Shown: one piece after another, positions 9,490-20,359 of the stretch | Layout of the letters: each line of letters starts with the position of its first letter | Position numbering within the stretch: the stretch's first letter is position 1 | Source of the DNA: a virus | Lineage: Duplodnaviria; Heunggongvirae; Uroviricota; Caudoviricetes | Virus record (IMG/VR): IMGVR_UViG_2654588181_000001 | Direction: 5' to 3' (one strand) | DNA length: 48,351 nucleotides | Position numbers and translations under genes: made by a program | The notes under the pieces: generated by a model | What the model was told of the DNA's origin: nothing | Databases searched by the model: none | The model's input: the letters and a program-made list of their open reading frames with translations, nothing else

Positions 9490-10953
9490 TTATTCAGAAA
9501 ACAAGTTCAGCAGATAATCAGGATTATATTCCATGACGAACTCTATATCTCTGGCAGGTGAGAATGGTGTCATTTTTACATGGAATTTAACAATCCCGTC
9601 CATCAATGACGTAATCGTGTTTTCAGACTGATCAAAGGTAACAACACCACCTGCAATATCCTGATTACCTGTGAGGCCGTTAAGCCAAATATTCGCACTT
9701 GTAACAATCGATTCAATTAATCGACGGTTTGCAGGATTGTCTATTTTTGACCAATGCGAAAGAATTAACGTATTACCCACCCAGTTAAACATACGTCGGC
9801 AAACACGAAATGCGTCTTTGGGGTCTGTAGATGTTGGATAAATAGCATTACGGTTTCCCCATGATTTCCAACCATCAAAATTAAGGCTTGTTACAATCCC
9901 CTGACCATTTAAGTAGTTTGCCTGGCTAATGTTAAGCCATACTTCACTGCCATCTTTACGTACAGCACCGTCCATCTGTAGTTTTATATTTGACGGAGAA
10001 CGTGATGGAATATCACCATACTGACTATCCAGCAAGCATATTGCGGCCGCTAAATGGGTTGAGTGATGGTAAATATTGTCACCAAGTTTCACCATCGGCC
10101 AGCACACTGTCTGGTTAGCGGCCATGTGATTATTGTTCTGTTTCCATTCAGGAACAGCCGAGTAATCACTGATAGTAGATTTATCGGTCGGTGCATCAGT
10201 TATGGCTTCTGCTTTGAACAATTCACTAATCAACGCGGCTTTAGCCGCCATTAGCTGACCAACTTCACTATCAGAACTAAATCCAGGCGCAATCACTTGT
10301 CCAGGAACCAACTTGAAGCGGGGATACACATCAGACAGTAACTCAAGCCCTGTATTGGCTTTAGTGTTGGAATCCACACCACCGATAATGTCATTTTTAG
10401 TTACGGCACCGGGATCAAGATGCGTATAACTAACCTTAAGAGTAGCGTCTTTTTCGGTAATTTTTCCTCCGCTAATAGCGGTAATGACCGTATAGCCATT
10501 ATCATCCAGCGCCAGCACATAATCGGTATCAACCGTTAACCCTGGCGAATCACCATCTGCTTTTTTCACAACAACAGATTTATATAAGACACCATCGTTA
10601 GAGAGCGTACCTTTCCCGCCAGAAAGTTTTACTACCTCATCAGTTACGTCTTTCTTATGCTTTGCTGGATCAAGCACATTGATAAATACAACTGGCGCAA
10701 CACCATATATTCCAAATGCGACTTTAATTACTTCGCTTAAAGTATATTTCTCGAAGTTTGTGCTATATCCTATTTTAGATACGGCCTCTGCGTATGTATA
10801 AGCAATGATAGGTTTATTTACTGCTGAGGCTGGATCTTCTAACTGATTAACAGGAGCTGTACCAAATGCGACAATCAACCCAGCACTAACTTGTACTGGA
10901 GGAGTTATAGATGTAGCCAGCTCAGATATATAAATACCGTGGCGATATCCCAT
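9490..10953 (-). CDS. contractile tail sheath protein
   Basis: 487-aa ORF preceding tube gene; size/position typical. Confidence 0.85.
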   Translation of the reverse strand: MGYRHGIYISELATSITPPVQVSAGLIVAFGTAPVNQLEDPASAVNKPIIAYTYAEAVSKIGYSTNFEKYTLSEVIKVAFGIYGVAPVVFINVLDPAKHKKDVTDEVVKLSGGKGTLSNDGVLYKSVVVKKADGDSPGLTVDTDYVLALDDNGYTVITAISGGKITEKDATLKVSYTHLDPGAVTKNDIIGGVDSNTKANTGLELLSDVYPRFKLVPGQVIAPGFSSDSEVGQLMAAKAALISELFKAEAITDAPTDKSTISDYSAVPEWKQNNNHMAANQTVCWPMVKLGDNIYHHSTHLAAAICLLDSQYGDIPSRSPSNIKLQMDGAVRKDGSEVWLNISQANYLNGQGIVTSLNFDGWKSWGNRNAIYPTSTDPKDAFRVCRRMFNWVGNTLILSHWSKIDNPANRRLIESIVTSANIWLNGLTGNQDIAGGVVTFDQSENTITSLMDGIVKFHVKMTPFSPARDIEFVMEYNPDYLLNLFSE

Positions 10954-11243
10954 TATTTAATCTCCATGATAGAAGAAGAAACTCTAGAGTACATTACATA
11001 CTCGACACTGGTTTTATCAGAAAGTCTTTTTTCTGCATCTGCAAAATCACTGGTTGCCACAAACAAACACTTTGCACCAGGAATATGTGATATTAATTTT
11101 TCACACTCTGGAGATAAGCCATTCTTAAATAGTTTATGCTTCAAAATTGAGAGTTGAGGGATTGTTGGTCCTATATATACAAATGTTTGAGCAACATCTT
11201 CCTTCTTTTCTATATCTTCTTTACTACTTTTCTTATTAGCCAT
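10953..11243 (-). CDS. hypothetical protein (head-tail region)
   Basis: 96-aa ORF, start overlaps sheath stop region. Confidence 0.45.
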   Translation of the reverse strand: MANKKSSKEDIEKKEDVAQTFVYIGPTIPQLSILKHKLFKNGLSPECEKLISHIPGAKCLFVATSDFADAEKRLSDKTSVEYVMYSRVSSSIMEIK

Positions 11244-11729
11244 TTAGATAAACTCCTGAGACTGAATATTCTGAGGCTTTAATACTAGCCACGTTCCAGT
11301 TGCTTCCGTTATCCAATATGGATATGGTTGATCATCAAACATTCGCCATCTGATATCACCCTGAAAGAGAAATTTCTCTTCAAGTAAAGGCTTCTCCTGA
11401 AAATGAAACATCATCCTTTCAAGAAGAGCCATTACCCATTCATATCCAGTATGGTCCTCACAAAAACCACCTAGAAGAAACTTAACCTTAACTTCATCCG
11501 TTTCAGGCTGCATTCCTCCTTCCGTGGGTCTGATAATCACATGAGGAAATTCTGGCAGTTTATCTGGAGATGGTTGTGATTTAGGAGGCAAGTACCCTTT
11601 AAATATTGTTGGAACAAACAATTTAATATCGCTGTCTGTTTCATCATAAGGAGGCCCCTGCACTAATAAATCATGGAAAACCTCATGTTCCAACCGATTT
11701 TTTATTGCATCTATCAAAAGATTAATCAA
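11244..11729 (-). CDS. hypothetical protein (possible tail completion/neck)
   Basis: 161-aa ORF in head-tail joining block. Confidence 0.45.
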   Translation of the reverse strand: MINLLIDAIKNRLEHEVFHDLLVQGPPYDETDSDIKLFVPTIFKGYLPPKSQPSPDKLPEFPHVIIRPTEGGMQPETDEVKVKFLLGGFCEDHTGYEWVMALLERMMFHFQEKPLLEEKFLFQGDIRWRMFDDQPYPYWITEATGTWLVLKPQNIQSQEFI

Positions 11730-12070
11730 ATCGGCATTCCTCTGTTAGTATTAACAGTGAGAGTTATTTCCAATACACCAACATTATCTGATACTTCATC
11801 AACAATATAATTTTTACCGTTGATTTTCATTGACTGGTCTTTGACAGGGAGAACAGGAAAATCTTTTCTTGAAACAAATAATATTATTTGCCCCTGATTT
11901 ATTCCCTCTGCAAACTCAGCATATGAGCGTTTATTACGCTCATGAATAAGGTCTGTATCAATAACGGCAAGGATATCCTTGCCGTCTATGTTATATGTAT
12001 CGGCAAACTCTTTTTCATTGAGGAATATTGCAGAAATATCTTGCGCTATAACCTCTTTGAAGGAGTTCAT
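11726..12070 (-). CDS. hypothetical protein (possible head-tail connector)
   Basis: 114-aa ORF, translationally coupled. Confidence 0.45.
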   Translation of the reverse strand: MNSFKEVIAQDISAIFLNEKEFADTYNIDGKDILAVIDTDLIHERNKRSYAEFAEGINQGQIILFVSRKDFPVLPVKDQSMKINGKNYIVDEVSDNVGVLEITLTVNTNRGMPI

Positions 12071-12462
12071 TACTTCTTATTACCTTTTTTTTGCGTTGAT
12101 TTTTTCGCATTACTGGTATCAGAAGTAGCTACAGATTCAGATGAATCATCAGCAACCATTTCCTCATTGCCGCCATCATCCTCAAACTCAACCTCGAATA
12201 CACAGCTACCCGCCTCCGTTCGCGTAATCAACCCCGCGTCCACAGCATCATTAACAGCAGATGCGTATCCATGCTCAAAAGCTAACTTAGCAGCATCATA
12301 GCCCCCAGCCGATGCCAAATCACCATCCTCTTCGGTGGCAATAGCATGTCCTGACGCAATCAGTTCGGCAATTCTGGAGTTATCCATTAGCCCATTAAGC
12401 AAACGGCCCGCTTTTAGCGAGCCGTGGCTTATCGTATCAATGTTTTTAATCAGTCTGGCCAT
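12070..12462 (-). CDS. hypothetical head-associated protein
   Basis: 130-aa ORF with acidic low-complexity C-terminus, directly after major capsid gene. Confidence 0.45.
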   Translation of the reverse strand: MARLIKNIDTISHGSLKAGRLLNGLMDNSRIAELIASGHAIATEEDGDLASAGGYDAAKLAFEHGYASAVNDAVDAGLITRTEAGSCVFEVEFEDDGGNEEMVADDSSESVATSDTSNAKKSTQKKGNKK

Positions 12463-13506
12463 TTAAACCACCTTAGCCACCAGATAGGCATCAGCCACAC
12501 CAGGATTAGGCAGTGGAGATGACTTCATGGCAACATAACGGCCAGCCGGCTTACGAGTTACCCAGGTGTCTGGAACTCGTGGCGACTCAACAATCGTCAG
12601 AGTCTTTTCGGCGTCATCTACAAGCTCTACAGCACCATACAGCATCGTTCCTCGACCAGGAGAGCCAAAGAGGATCTTATCTTCCGGTACTAATGGTTCT
12701 GGTTTTCCTGTTTTATCATTGCGAATAAGTTCGTCGTAACCATAAAAATCGACACCTTCAAGATTGCCATAATGAGTTACGCCTTCTTCTAACTCCTTAG
12801 GCTCAATATACCCAAGCTCTTTTCGGCGATTATCAAGATATTTAGTTACTGCTTCATTTTTAACGAAGGCATCAACAACTTTTGCGCCCATTACGGCAAC
12901 ACGAGGTGTAAAACCTGAAGTTAGTGATACCCGACGTTTCCAGTTGCGAACATTGACCAACGGATCTGATTTTGCTGCGCTCCATAAATCATCACCTGTC
13001 AGTTCAAGATATGGTTTATCTCCTTCCTCTTCAGGCCAAAAATAAACTGTGTCATCCACTCCTTCACCAACAATATCAACCTGCCCCGTAAACAAGACTT
13101 GTGCACACATCCATTCTTCACGGCGGTTAACCATTTCATCAAGCTCAAGCAAATCTTTACCTAATTGCGCGGCGGCTCGTTCTGCTGGCGATTTTGCGTT
13201 GTAAATATTCTCACCCGGAAGCCTGTTTAAAAGCAGCTCGGCTGTTGTTACCAAATCAGGTGCAACAAGTGGTGGCTCCAGAGTTCTCGTTACAAAGCCG
13301 CGTCGCTCAACGGTTTTTGAGCCAAAACCTTTACCAACAAACGGAGCCATAGTACGGCCACCGCGAACAAAATCCAGATCAACTTTCTTTGTATTAAAGG
13401 TCTGAACACCAGGAAAAAAGGTACGAAGAAGAAAACGACGAGCCTTGAAATTCTGAATAACAGGCTCAAGCATTGTACGTCGTTCAAAAATATCAATATT
13501 CGGCAT
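12463..13506 (-). CDS. major capsid protein, lambda gpE-like
   Basis: 347-aa ORF; order terminase-W-portal-protease-D-E matches lambda head module. Confidence 0.8.
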   Translation of the reverse strand: MPNIDIFERRTMLEPVIQNFKARRFLLRTFFPGVQTFNTKKVDLDFVRGGRTMAPFVGKGFGSKTVERRGFVTRTLEPPLVAPDLVTTAELLLNRLPGENIYNAKSPAERAAAQLGKDLLELDEMVNRREEWMCAQVLFTGQVDIVGEGVDDTVYFWPEEEGDKPYLELTGDDLWSAAKSDPLVNVRNWKRRVSLTSGFTPRVAVMGAKVVDAFVKNEAVTKYLDNRRKELGYIEPKELEEGVTHYGNLEGVDFYGYDELIRNDKTGKPEPLVPEDKILFGSPGRGTMLYGAVELVDDAEKTLTIVESPRVPDTWVTRKPAGRYVAMKSSPLPNPGVADAYLVAKVV

Positions 13507-13526
13507 AAAAATACGACCTCTTTATA

Positions 13527-13910
13527 TTATGCAGATGGATTTTGTTGTGCGGTATTAAGGAATATCCCAACCTTCCGGCAAGCCAGATATACATCGGCAA
13601 TCTTTGCTGATTCAGGAAGGATAACCGCATGTGCATTGAACATTCCGGTCAGCCATGCTGTTCCAACTTGCGCTGAATCAGTCGCATCAATACTATGTTG
13701 AGCGATACAATACGGTTCTTTTGCCACCCCCTCACCAGAGAGATTTATTGGTGCCACAGTGACAACATTTGTTGTCTGATCAATACTGACAAAAGCAAGC
13801 AACTCACCTCGATTTACTTTACCGCTGGCAAGTTTAATACTTGTTGTAATTGCTGGCATACCACCAGAAATAATCAGATTATCTGGTTCAAATGAAAAAG
13901 ACTCTCGCAT
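13527..13910 (-). CDS. head decoration protein, gpD-like
   Basis: 127-aa ORF immediately upstream of capsid gene. Confidence 0.6.
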   Translation of the reverse strand: MRESFSFEPDNLIISGGMPAITTSIKLASGKVNRGELLAFVSIDQTTNVVTVAPINLSGEGVAKEPYCIAQHSIDATDSAQVGTAWLTGMFNAHAVILPESAKIADVYLACRKVGIFLNTAQQNPSA

Positions 13911-13919
13911 AAACTCACC

Positions 13920-15008
13920 TTAATTTTTATCGCGGTTTTTGAATACTGACCCAATAACATTTTTTACTACTTCAGCTTGTTTATCGCCGTTGTTTTCTGG
14001 TTGATTAACATCAACTGAATCATTCACCTCATTTGCGTCTTCTTGCCGTTGATTAAGAAAGTTTTTGTTACGCGCTCGCTCTGCATTCATAATTTCCAAA
14101 GCAAGTTCAGCCGCAGAAATTCCCGTTTTGAATTTTGCATTCTTAACCAGGTCGTCATGACCTGGAATTACGCTATTCTCGATTGTTTCAATGCGCTCGC
14201 GTTCTGATTTAACGCCCTCGTCTTTACCAGCATTAAAAACCTGATTGTATAATTCTGGATGTTTATTTTTTAATTCATCAAGAGTCACAACATCGTCCTC
14301 ATTTTGTTCATTTAATTCAGTAGATAATTCATTTTTATTTTGTGGCAACTTTGCGAGCGAATCAGGTAATTTTGAAAACCTTGATGCTTCAAAAGTTATT
14401 CCATTGAGCGAAAGCATCCCTTCCTTTATAGAAGCGGATAAGCGCATTGGTTTTTCAACTTCGTCAGCAAATCCAAGCTCTACAGCCTCTTCTGCATTTA
14501 GCCATGTTTCCTGATCCATTAGTTCAATTAATTTATCCTCAGAAAGCCCTGTTTTCTCCTTATATGCAGATAAAATACTATCTCGTATCTTATCCATCAT
14601 CTCAGCAATATCACGTAGTTCATCCGCATCACCAGCAGCAAATGTCCACGGATTATGGATCATCATCATAGCATTAGATGGGATAACAACTTTATCACCT
14701 GCCATTGCAATAATGGTTGCAGCCGATGCAGCAATACCATCAATATAAACAGTAATATTAGCCTTATGACGTTTTAATGAAGAAAGAATAGCTTGAGCAG
14801 TAAAAACAGAACCACCATAACTATTAATTTTTACGTTGATAGCATTTGATGATATATCCTTTAATTTATTAACTATGTCAGAAGAAGAAACCTCATCAAA
14901 TTCGCCAATATATCCGTAGATTAAAAGTTCAGCCGGAGAGTCATCTTCACCCGTGCTATTTTTTATTTCCCACCAATTAGGCATCATCTGTCTCCATATT
15001 TTGTTCAT
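13920..15008 (-). CDS. head maturation protease / scaffold (ClpP/S49-like, lambda gpC-like)
   Basis: 362-aa ORF; N-terminal ClpP-like core, acidic coiled C-terminal half. Confidence 0.75.
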   Translation of the reverse strand: MNKIWRQMMPNWWEIKNSTGEDDSPAELLIYGYIGEFDEVSSSDIVNKLKDISSNAINVKINSYGGSVFTAQAILSSLKRHKANITVYIDGIAASAATIIAMAGDKVVIPSNAMMMIHNPWTFAAGDADELRDIAEMMDKIRDSILSAYKEKTGLSEDKLIELMDQETWLNAEEAVELGFADEVEKPMRLSASIKEGMLSLNGITFEASRFSKLPDSLAKLPQNKNELSTELNEQNEDDVVTLDELKNKHPELYNQVFNAGKDEGVKSERERIETIENSVIPGHDDLVKNAKFKTGISAAELALEIMNAERARNKNFLNQRQEDANEVNDSVDVNQPENNGDKQAEVVKNVIGSVFKNRDKN

Positions 15009-16551
15009 TTACCTCAGAAACAGGAGGCGTAATCAGCCCCAACTCACGGCGAGCATTCTCTTCTCTGCCACAAATTTGTGCGGTTTCTTCCCAGTTAAGA
15101 CCTGACATTTCAGCCGCTTCCTTTTCACGGGTAGAGAATGTTTCCTCAACACGCAGTTTTGCAGCTTTGACTTCTTTAAGGGGATCTAATTGGCCTTGTG
15201 ATGGGCCATACCATTGAGCGCCACTCCATGCAGCGCGATATTCAGGCCCATAAAAAAAACCAGGGGCAATAACACGACCTTTAGCAACGGCTTCGGCCAA
15301 CCATTCCTCATAGATCGGTTGGCAAAATGACTGAACCATCCAGTCACGTCGCATACGGAACATTTTCCAGGCTTCAAGTAATGCGGCCCTGCTAGCGCTA
15401 TAACTTGCTGTAAAATGCTTTACCAAGAGTTCGTAAGGGAGTTCTAAAGCAGCCCCAATTTGACGGCATATGGCGACAACAAAACCATCAAATGCCGTAT
15501 TTGGTCGCCCGGGATTTGCTGTATCTATCGACTCACCTTCACCCAAACTTACTATGGAGCCATTCCCCATTTCTTGGGTGTTATCATCATGGTTATCGAT
15601 CTGCTCGTACTGAGGGATACCCGATTCACCGACTGGTCCATCAGGAGCGTCTGTTTTAATAAAGACAGTAAACATCCCTGACACAACCGCAGCAACCAAT
15701 TCAGCATCGGTGTATCGTCCTAACTGCTTCAATGCTTCAATAACAGGAGCAAGTACAGGAACGCCACGGCGTTGCCCAGGCCTTTCAAAATCCTGCATGA
15801 CATGCAGAATATTTCTTCTTCCTGTTTTACTCCCATATGCGGGAATACGTTCCCACTTGCGGGTTACAAAACCAGAAGTCCCGGCTGGGTGATGTTTTGC
15901 AACCCAGTACGCCACAGGCTCGCTAAATTCACCAACCTCTACGCCACCGTAAAGATTTGGTATAAAACGATCCTCTGGATTGCAAACACGATCACCTTCA
16001 ATTAAATAGACGCACAAATCATATATAACACCCTTACGCTTAATAACTGGTAGCGCAGCAAATATATCGCCAGATGTTAACGCAGATATTTGGACCAATG
16101 ATTGCAATTGTCCAAAAGTACACATTCTTGATGCATCACAATTTGGAGAATCAGCCCATAATCTAAACTCACGCTCAACATGCTTTTCCCATGCTCGCGC
16201 TTCTTCCTGCGTCATCCCCAAGAAATCGGCATCAATGTTCGCATTTAGTTTTAAACCGGAACCAACAACGTTTGTCCTGATAGTTTTTATTGCGCCAACC
16301 GATAGCGGGTTTCCCATGAAGAGATCACGAGAACGCTCACGCAATTTATCTATATTTTTAACAATATCATCATCAGGAGAACCAGCTTTACTAAACCAAC
16401 CCCTTAATGATTTTTTATGAGTGCTTGCACCATGACGTGAATATCCAAGGTTATTAATACCTTCAAGTGCTTCTAACCGTTTTCTTGCCAAAGCTCGATT
16501 TAATGCCCTCTGAGGTGAAAACGGCGCAATAACTCGATCAAGAATATTCAT
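14977..16551 (-). CDS. portal protein, lambda gpB-like
   Basis: 524-aa ORF between gpW-like and protease genes. Confidence 0.8.
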   Translation of the reverse strand: MNILDRVIAPFSPQRALNRALARKRLEALEGINNLGYSRHGASTHKKSLRGWFSKAGSPDDDIVKNIDKLRERSRDLFMGNPLSVGAIKTIRTNVVGSGLKLNANIDADFLGMTQEEARAWEKHVEREFRLWADSPNCDASRMCTFGQLQSLVQISALTSGDIFAALPVIKRKGVIYDLCVYLIEGDRVCNPEDRFIPNLYGGVEVGEFSEPVAYWVAKHHPAGTSGFVTRKWERIPAYGSKTGRRNILHVMQDFERPGQRRGVPVLAPVIEALKQLGRYTDAELVAAVVSGMFTVFIKTDAPDGPVGESGIPQYEQIDNHDDNTQEMGNGSIVSLGEGESIDTANPGRPNTAFDGFVVAICRQIGAALELPYELLVKHFTASYSASRAALLEAWKMFRMRRDWMVQSFCQPIYEEWLAEAVAKGRVIAPGFFYGPEYRAAWSGAQWYGPSQGQLDPLKEVKAAKLRVEETFSTREKEAAEMSGLNWEETAQICGREENARRELGLITPPVSEVNEQNMETDDA

Positions 16552-16787
16552 AAATCTCTTATCACCACTCGTTTAATTCGTGGGCCTCGGCGTATACCTG
16601 CTGATAATCTTTCTACTTCATTACGCCAGTAATCCATCTCTTTTCTGACTTCTGATAAATCCGCACGAGTTAACTGCCGCGTACCAAATTTATATGACTG
16701 ACCGCCAATAGCAATAGCGCGATATGCTTCCCGCCAGACAGATAACATCTCTCTGGCTTCAGTCAGAGAAAATGCTTCATTGTTCAT
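16548..16787 (-). CDS. head-tail joining protein, gpW-like
   Basis: 79-aa ORF between terminase large subunit and portal. Confidence 0.65.
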   Translation of the reverse strand: MNNEAFSLTEAREMLSVWREAYRAIAIGGQSYKFGTRQLTRADLSEVRKEMDYWRNEVERLSAGIRRGPRIKRVVIRDL

Positions 16788-16798
16788 TTATATTTCCT

Positions 16799-18655
16799 CT
16801 ATATGGTTACGCCTTTACTTATAACTCTACGGCGTCTTCTACGTATACCTGACGAGTTCTGCACATACACATTACCTCGCATTTCCTGTTCGGCAAGCCA
16901 GTTAAAATTAGGGTTCAGAATTTCCATCGCGGCAGTTGCATAGTTACGGCAATCAAGAGGCTCGTTACGCTCGTAGACTTTCACCCACTTTTCTTTTGTC
17001 TGCCCATTTTTATATTCAAATATTTTCTTCTCTGATAATAATCCTTTAAAGTATTCGGTATCATATCCTCTGTCAGAATCTAATGGGAAATGCATATAAC
17101 CAGGACCAGGATCATGTAGTTTAATTCTTGCCATGATGGTCCCTTTACCATCATCAACCCCCAAATTAAACAACATAGCACCCACACGGTTATTATTACT
17201 TGGCTTTCCTATAAATGGTAAACCTACCCCACCACGCCCCCTGATAGAGTATATTCGCCTTGATTCTCTCGGCTTAGTAAAGCGATATACCTCTGTCGTA
17301 AAATGCCCACCAGAGTCAATACAAACGGAAGAAATCTGTAATTTTCGACCGTCACGGAATGACCAGCTACGGAGTAAGTATTCATCAAGTTGTTTCCAGA
17401 CAACATCTTGTGCGGGATCACCTGGGAATATTTTATATTCTATCCCCCATGACTCCTTACCTTTTCCCCAACCGACCAATTCACAAACTAAATACGTGTC
17501 CTGTACGTCAACACCAGCACTTAACAATAAAACATCATCTGGTAAAAACTCTTCAAACCTTATTCTGCGTTGCAACAAGTATTCAGGATCGATATCGTCT
17601 TTAGCATCCTCTTTCCATGGCTCACCCAGCTTAAGGTTAATAAACTCCATTAATCCATTTTTATCGCGGTTTCTGGTTGCTTCCGTAAATTCTTCAACCA
17701 GCTCTGACAATGCAACCCACGGGGAGTAAAGACTGTTAATATGAAAACCAACAATACCTTTAACTCCAGTATGTTCAGCTATCCATACCCCCTTCGCCAA
17801 CCAATCAACGTCTGGTTTACCAGATCCGCGCATAATCCCGCCGCACTCACAGCACTCATATCTGGCCGTTTCCGGTAACGCCTCACCTGAATCGCTCTTA
17901 TCCCATCTGACTTGCGACCATTTCATCACCTGCATGGTGCCACAACATGGGCAAGGAACATGGTAGTAACGCTGATCGGAGAGCTTAAACCACTTGTGGA
18001 TTTTGCTCGTTTCCTCCAAAACAGGAGTAGAAACAAAAACTTTCTTACGATTATGAAAGTTGGTAGTACGCTGAATACCTAGTTTTAGTGGGTCGCCCTC
18101 CTGCGTCACACCGTAACGATCAATCTCATCAGCTAACAGTATTCGAATTGGCCTGGATGCAAGACCTGCTGGGGAATTAGCACCAACAAGTGCTATATAT
18201 CCACCAGCGTAATGCTTCATACGTATAGTCGTGCTGGACTTTTTGGCTGCACCGCGCCCCTCTTTCCCTTCATGCAGCTTGTGTTTCAAACCAGGGGAAT
18301 ATTTGAACGTCGGATCAATACGCTCTTTTGAAAAAGCCTCAGCCGCCTCTACCGTTGGATAAATCATCAACTGAGGAGATGGCTCCTGATCTGCAAAGTA
18401 ACCCATAACATTTAGCTGTAATTCGGATTTACCAATTTGCGAGCTACATTGCATCACTACTGTTTCTGTATCAGCGTCACCAATAACATCCATTGGTTCA
18501 CGCAAATATGGCACTCGGCTTGTACGCCACGGCCCTGGCTCTGGAGACGTTCCCGGCGCTACATGACGATACTTATCAGCCCATTCGGAAACAGTTAGCC
18601 GTGATTTAGGGCGAAGCGCACGGAAAAAAGCGGTGCTCCATACTGTTTCGCCCAT
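16799..18655 (-). CDS. terminase large subunit, lambda gpA-like
   Basis: 618-aa ORF with ATPase and nuclease regions; followed by W and portal. Confidence 0.85.
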   Translation of the reverse strand: MGETVWSTAFFRALRPKSRLTVSEWADKYRHVAPGTSPEPGPWRTSRVPYLREPMDVIGDADTETVVMQCSSQIGKSELQLNVMGYFADQEPSPQLMIYPTVEAAEAFSKERIDPTFKYSPGLKHKLHEGKEGRGAAKKSSTTIRMKHYAGGYIALVGANSPAGLASRPIRILLADEIDRYGVTQEGDPLKLGIQRTTNFHNRKKVFVSTPVLEETSKIHKWFKLSDQRYYHVPCPCCGTMQVMKWSQVRWDKSDSGEALPETARYECCECGGIMRGSGKPDVDWLAKGVWIAEHTGVKGIVGFHINSLYSPWVALSELVEEFTEATRNRDKNGLMEFINLKLGEPWKEDAKDDIDPEYLLQRRIRFEEFLPDDVLLLSAGVDVQDTYLVCELVGWGKGKESWGIEYKIFPGDPAQDVVWKQLDEYLLRSWSFRDGRKLQISSVCIDSGGHFTTEVYRFTKPRESRRIYSIRGRGGVGLPFIGKPSNNNRVGAMLFNLGVDDGKGTIMARIKLHDPGPGYMHFPLDSDRGYDTEYFKGLLSEKKIFEYKNGQTKEKWVKVYERNEPLDCRNYATAAMEILNPNFNWLAEQEMRGNVYVQNSSGIRRRRRRVISKGVTI

Positions 18656-18660
18656 GAGGT

Positions 18661-19221
18661 TTATTCTTCCTGCTTAATAAATCGGGATTCCTGGAGCGCC
18701 TGAAGCGCAAAATTAATCTCGTCTTCAATAATGCGTTCGATCTCCCTGGCTGTTTTGCCTTCACAACGGGGAGCTGCTCTTGGAGCAATACTAAATAAGC
18801 GGCTACGCAATTCATTAGCTGCCAGAAATGCATCATCCCTGACCGCATCTTTAGCGATGAGAGAGCCTTCCTTTTCTTCAAATTCAAGGCGTTTCAGCTT
18901 TGCCTGATAAATTTTTTCTGCGGTCTTAGCCTTGTTGAATTGCACTGCAACACCGGAAGTACCACCAGCTAATCCGGCATCATCAGCGGGTAACTCTGGT
19001 TGTTCCGAAGATATCCCATGCCCTCTTTTTCCATTTTCAGCAGATACCTCACGACCAACCTGTCGGCTCGCTTCATAAGCCGCACTAGCTTTATCAAAAT
19101 CCAGCTTGCCGCTTTTCAGCACTGGAATGCGACCGGAACGACAGAGCTTCGTAACCATTGCCGGAGAAATACCTTTTCGGCGGGCAAACTCTGACTTACT
19201 GACGATGGCCATTACTTGCAA
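18661..19221 (-). CDS. terminase small subunit, Nu1-like (HTH)
   Basis: 186-aa ORF immediately upstream of terminase large subunit; N-terminal HTH. Confidence 0.55.
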   Translation of the reverse strand: MQVMAIVSKSEFARRKGISPAMVTKLCRSGRIPVLKSGKLDFDKASAAYEASRQVGREVSAENGKRGHGISSEQPELPADDAGLAGGTSGVAVQFNKAKTAEKIYQAKLKRLEFEEKEGSLIAKDAVRDDAFLAANELRSRLFSIAPRAAPRCEGKTAREIERIIEDEINFALQALQESRFIKQEE

Positions 19222-19802
19222 CCATTAGCAAGATACTGAACAAATCCCTCATGCGTTTCATGCGCGTCGTGGTACTGACGATAAACATCCAGCAACAATG
19301 CAATTTCCATATCCGTCGCGGGAATACGTTCTTTATCAATAGCCAGGTACTTAATTTGAACAACAGGGGAAGAATTATCGTCTTCTTCCTGCGGCTGTTC
19401 ATCGCTTAACATTTCGTCAAGCTCTGCATCATTAAACCCAAGCAGATCAATATCAAAATCATCATCCATTAACGCTTTGACTTCTTCGGCCAGAAGCTGC
19501 ATATCCCAGCCAGCATTTAAGGCCAGCTTGTTATCTGCAATCCTGTAAGCCTTCTTCTGTTTTTCAGAAAGGTTACTCAACCGAATCGCTGGAACTTTAT
19601 CCATTTCCAGAATTTCGGCTGCTGCAAGCCGCCCATGCCCCGCAATCAGTTCATTCTTTTCATCGATCAGCACAGGATTAGTGAAACCGAACTCACGGAT
19701 ACTGTTCACCAACTGTTCAACTTGCTCATCTGAATGAGTCCGTGAATTTTTGGCGTATCTGAGCAGCTTACCGACTGGTAAATATTCGATTTTTAGAGCC
19801 AT
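19212..19802 (-). CDS. ParB-like N-terminal domain protein (paralog 1)
   Basis: 196-aa ORF; ParB/Srx-type motif ...LIDEKNELIAGHGRLAAA...; clear paralog of 22469..23092. Confidence 0.7.
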   Translation of the reverse strand: MALKIEYLPVGKLLRYAKNSRTHSDEQVEQLVNSIREFGFTNPVLIDEKNELIAGHGRLAAAEILEMDKVPAIRLSNLSEKQKKAYRIADNKLALNAGWDMQLLAEEVKALMDDDFDIDLLGFNDAELDEMLSDEQPQEEDDNSSPVVQIKYLAIDKERIPATDMEIALLLDVYRQYHDAHETHEGFVQYLANGCK

Positions 19803-20359
19803 TTTTTAACCGCCATAACACAACAGGTTAAAGAAAACTGTTTAACTTATTGATACTAAAAGAGAAAAATGACGATCTTTTTACTCATAAAAAATCACAC
19901 AAACCAGCATAATCATCTGATTTTATTAAGTTTTTATAAGTAAAAAGGATCTTGAGATGGTGTTTTGGTTAAAAGATTGGATGTATTTGCATGATTTATA
20001 ACGATTTTTATCAGAACAACATCACATTGGTTAAAGATCTGCGCGTATCTTGATGATCTAAAAGAAAATTTTCTACTTTCTTTTTACCAGCACAAATACA
20101 GCAAAAAATCACGTTTTCCCGATATTTTTCAATGAGATGAGTAAATTTCTTTTACCGCAACTTTTAACCTAACTTTTTTCACGTTTAGCTAGCCGAACAT
20201 CGGGGTTCGAATGACCCGCATCCAACGCTTTTGGCCAGAAGGACCCAATTCTGCCGGACGATGAAACGATGCTCGTGCTCCCCCACAGACAGCCAGCGAG
20301 CGACGCTACAGAACACAGTGAATACACTCTGCATAACAACACCATCAACCACACGATGA

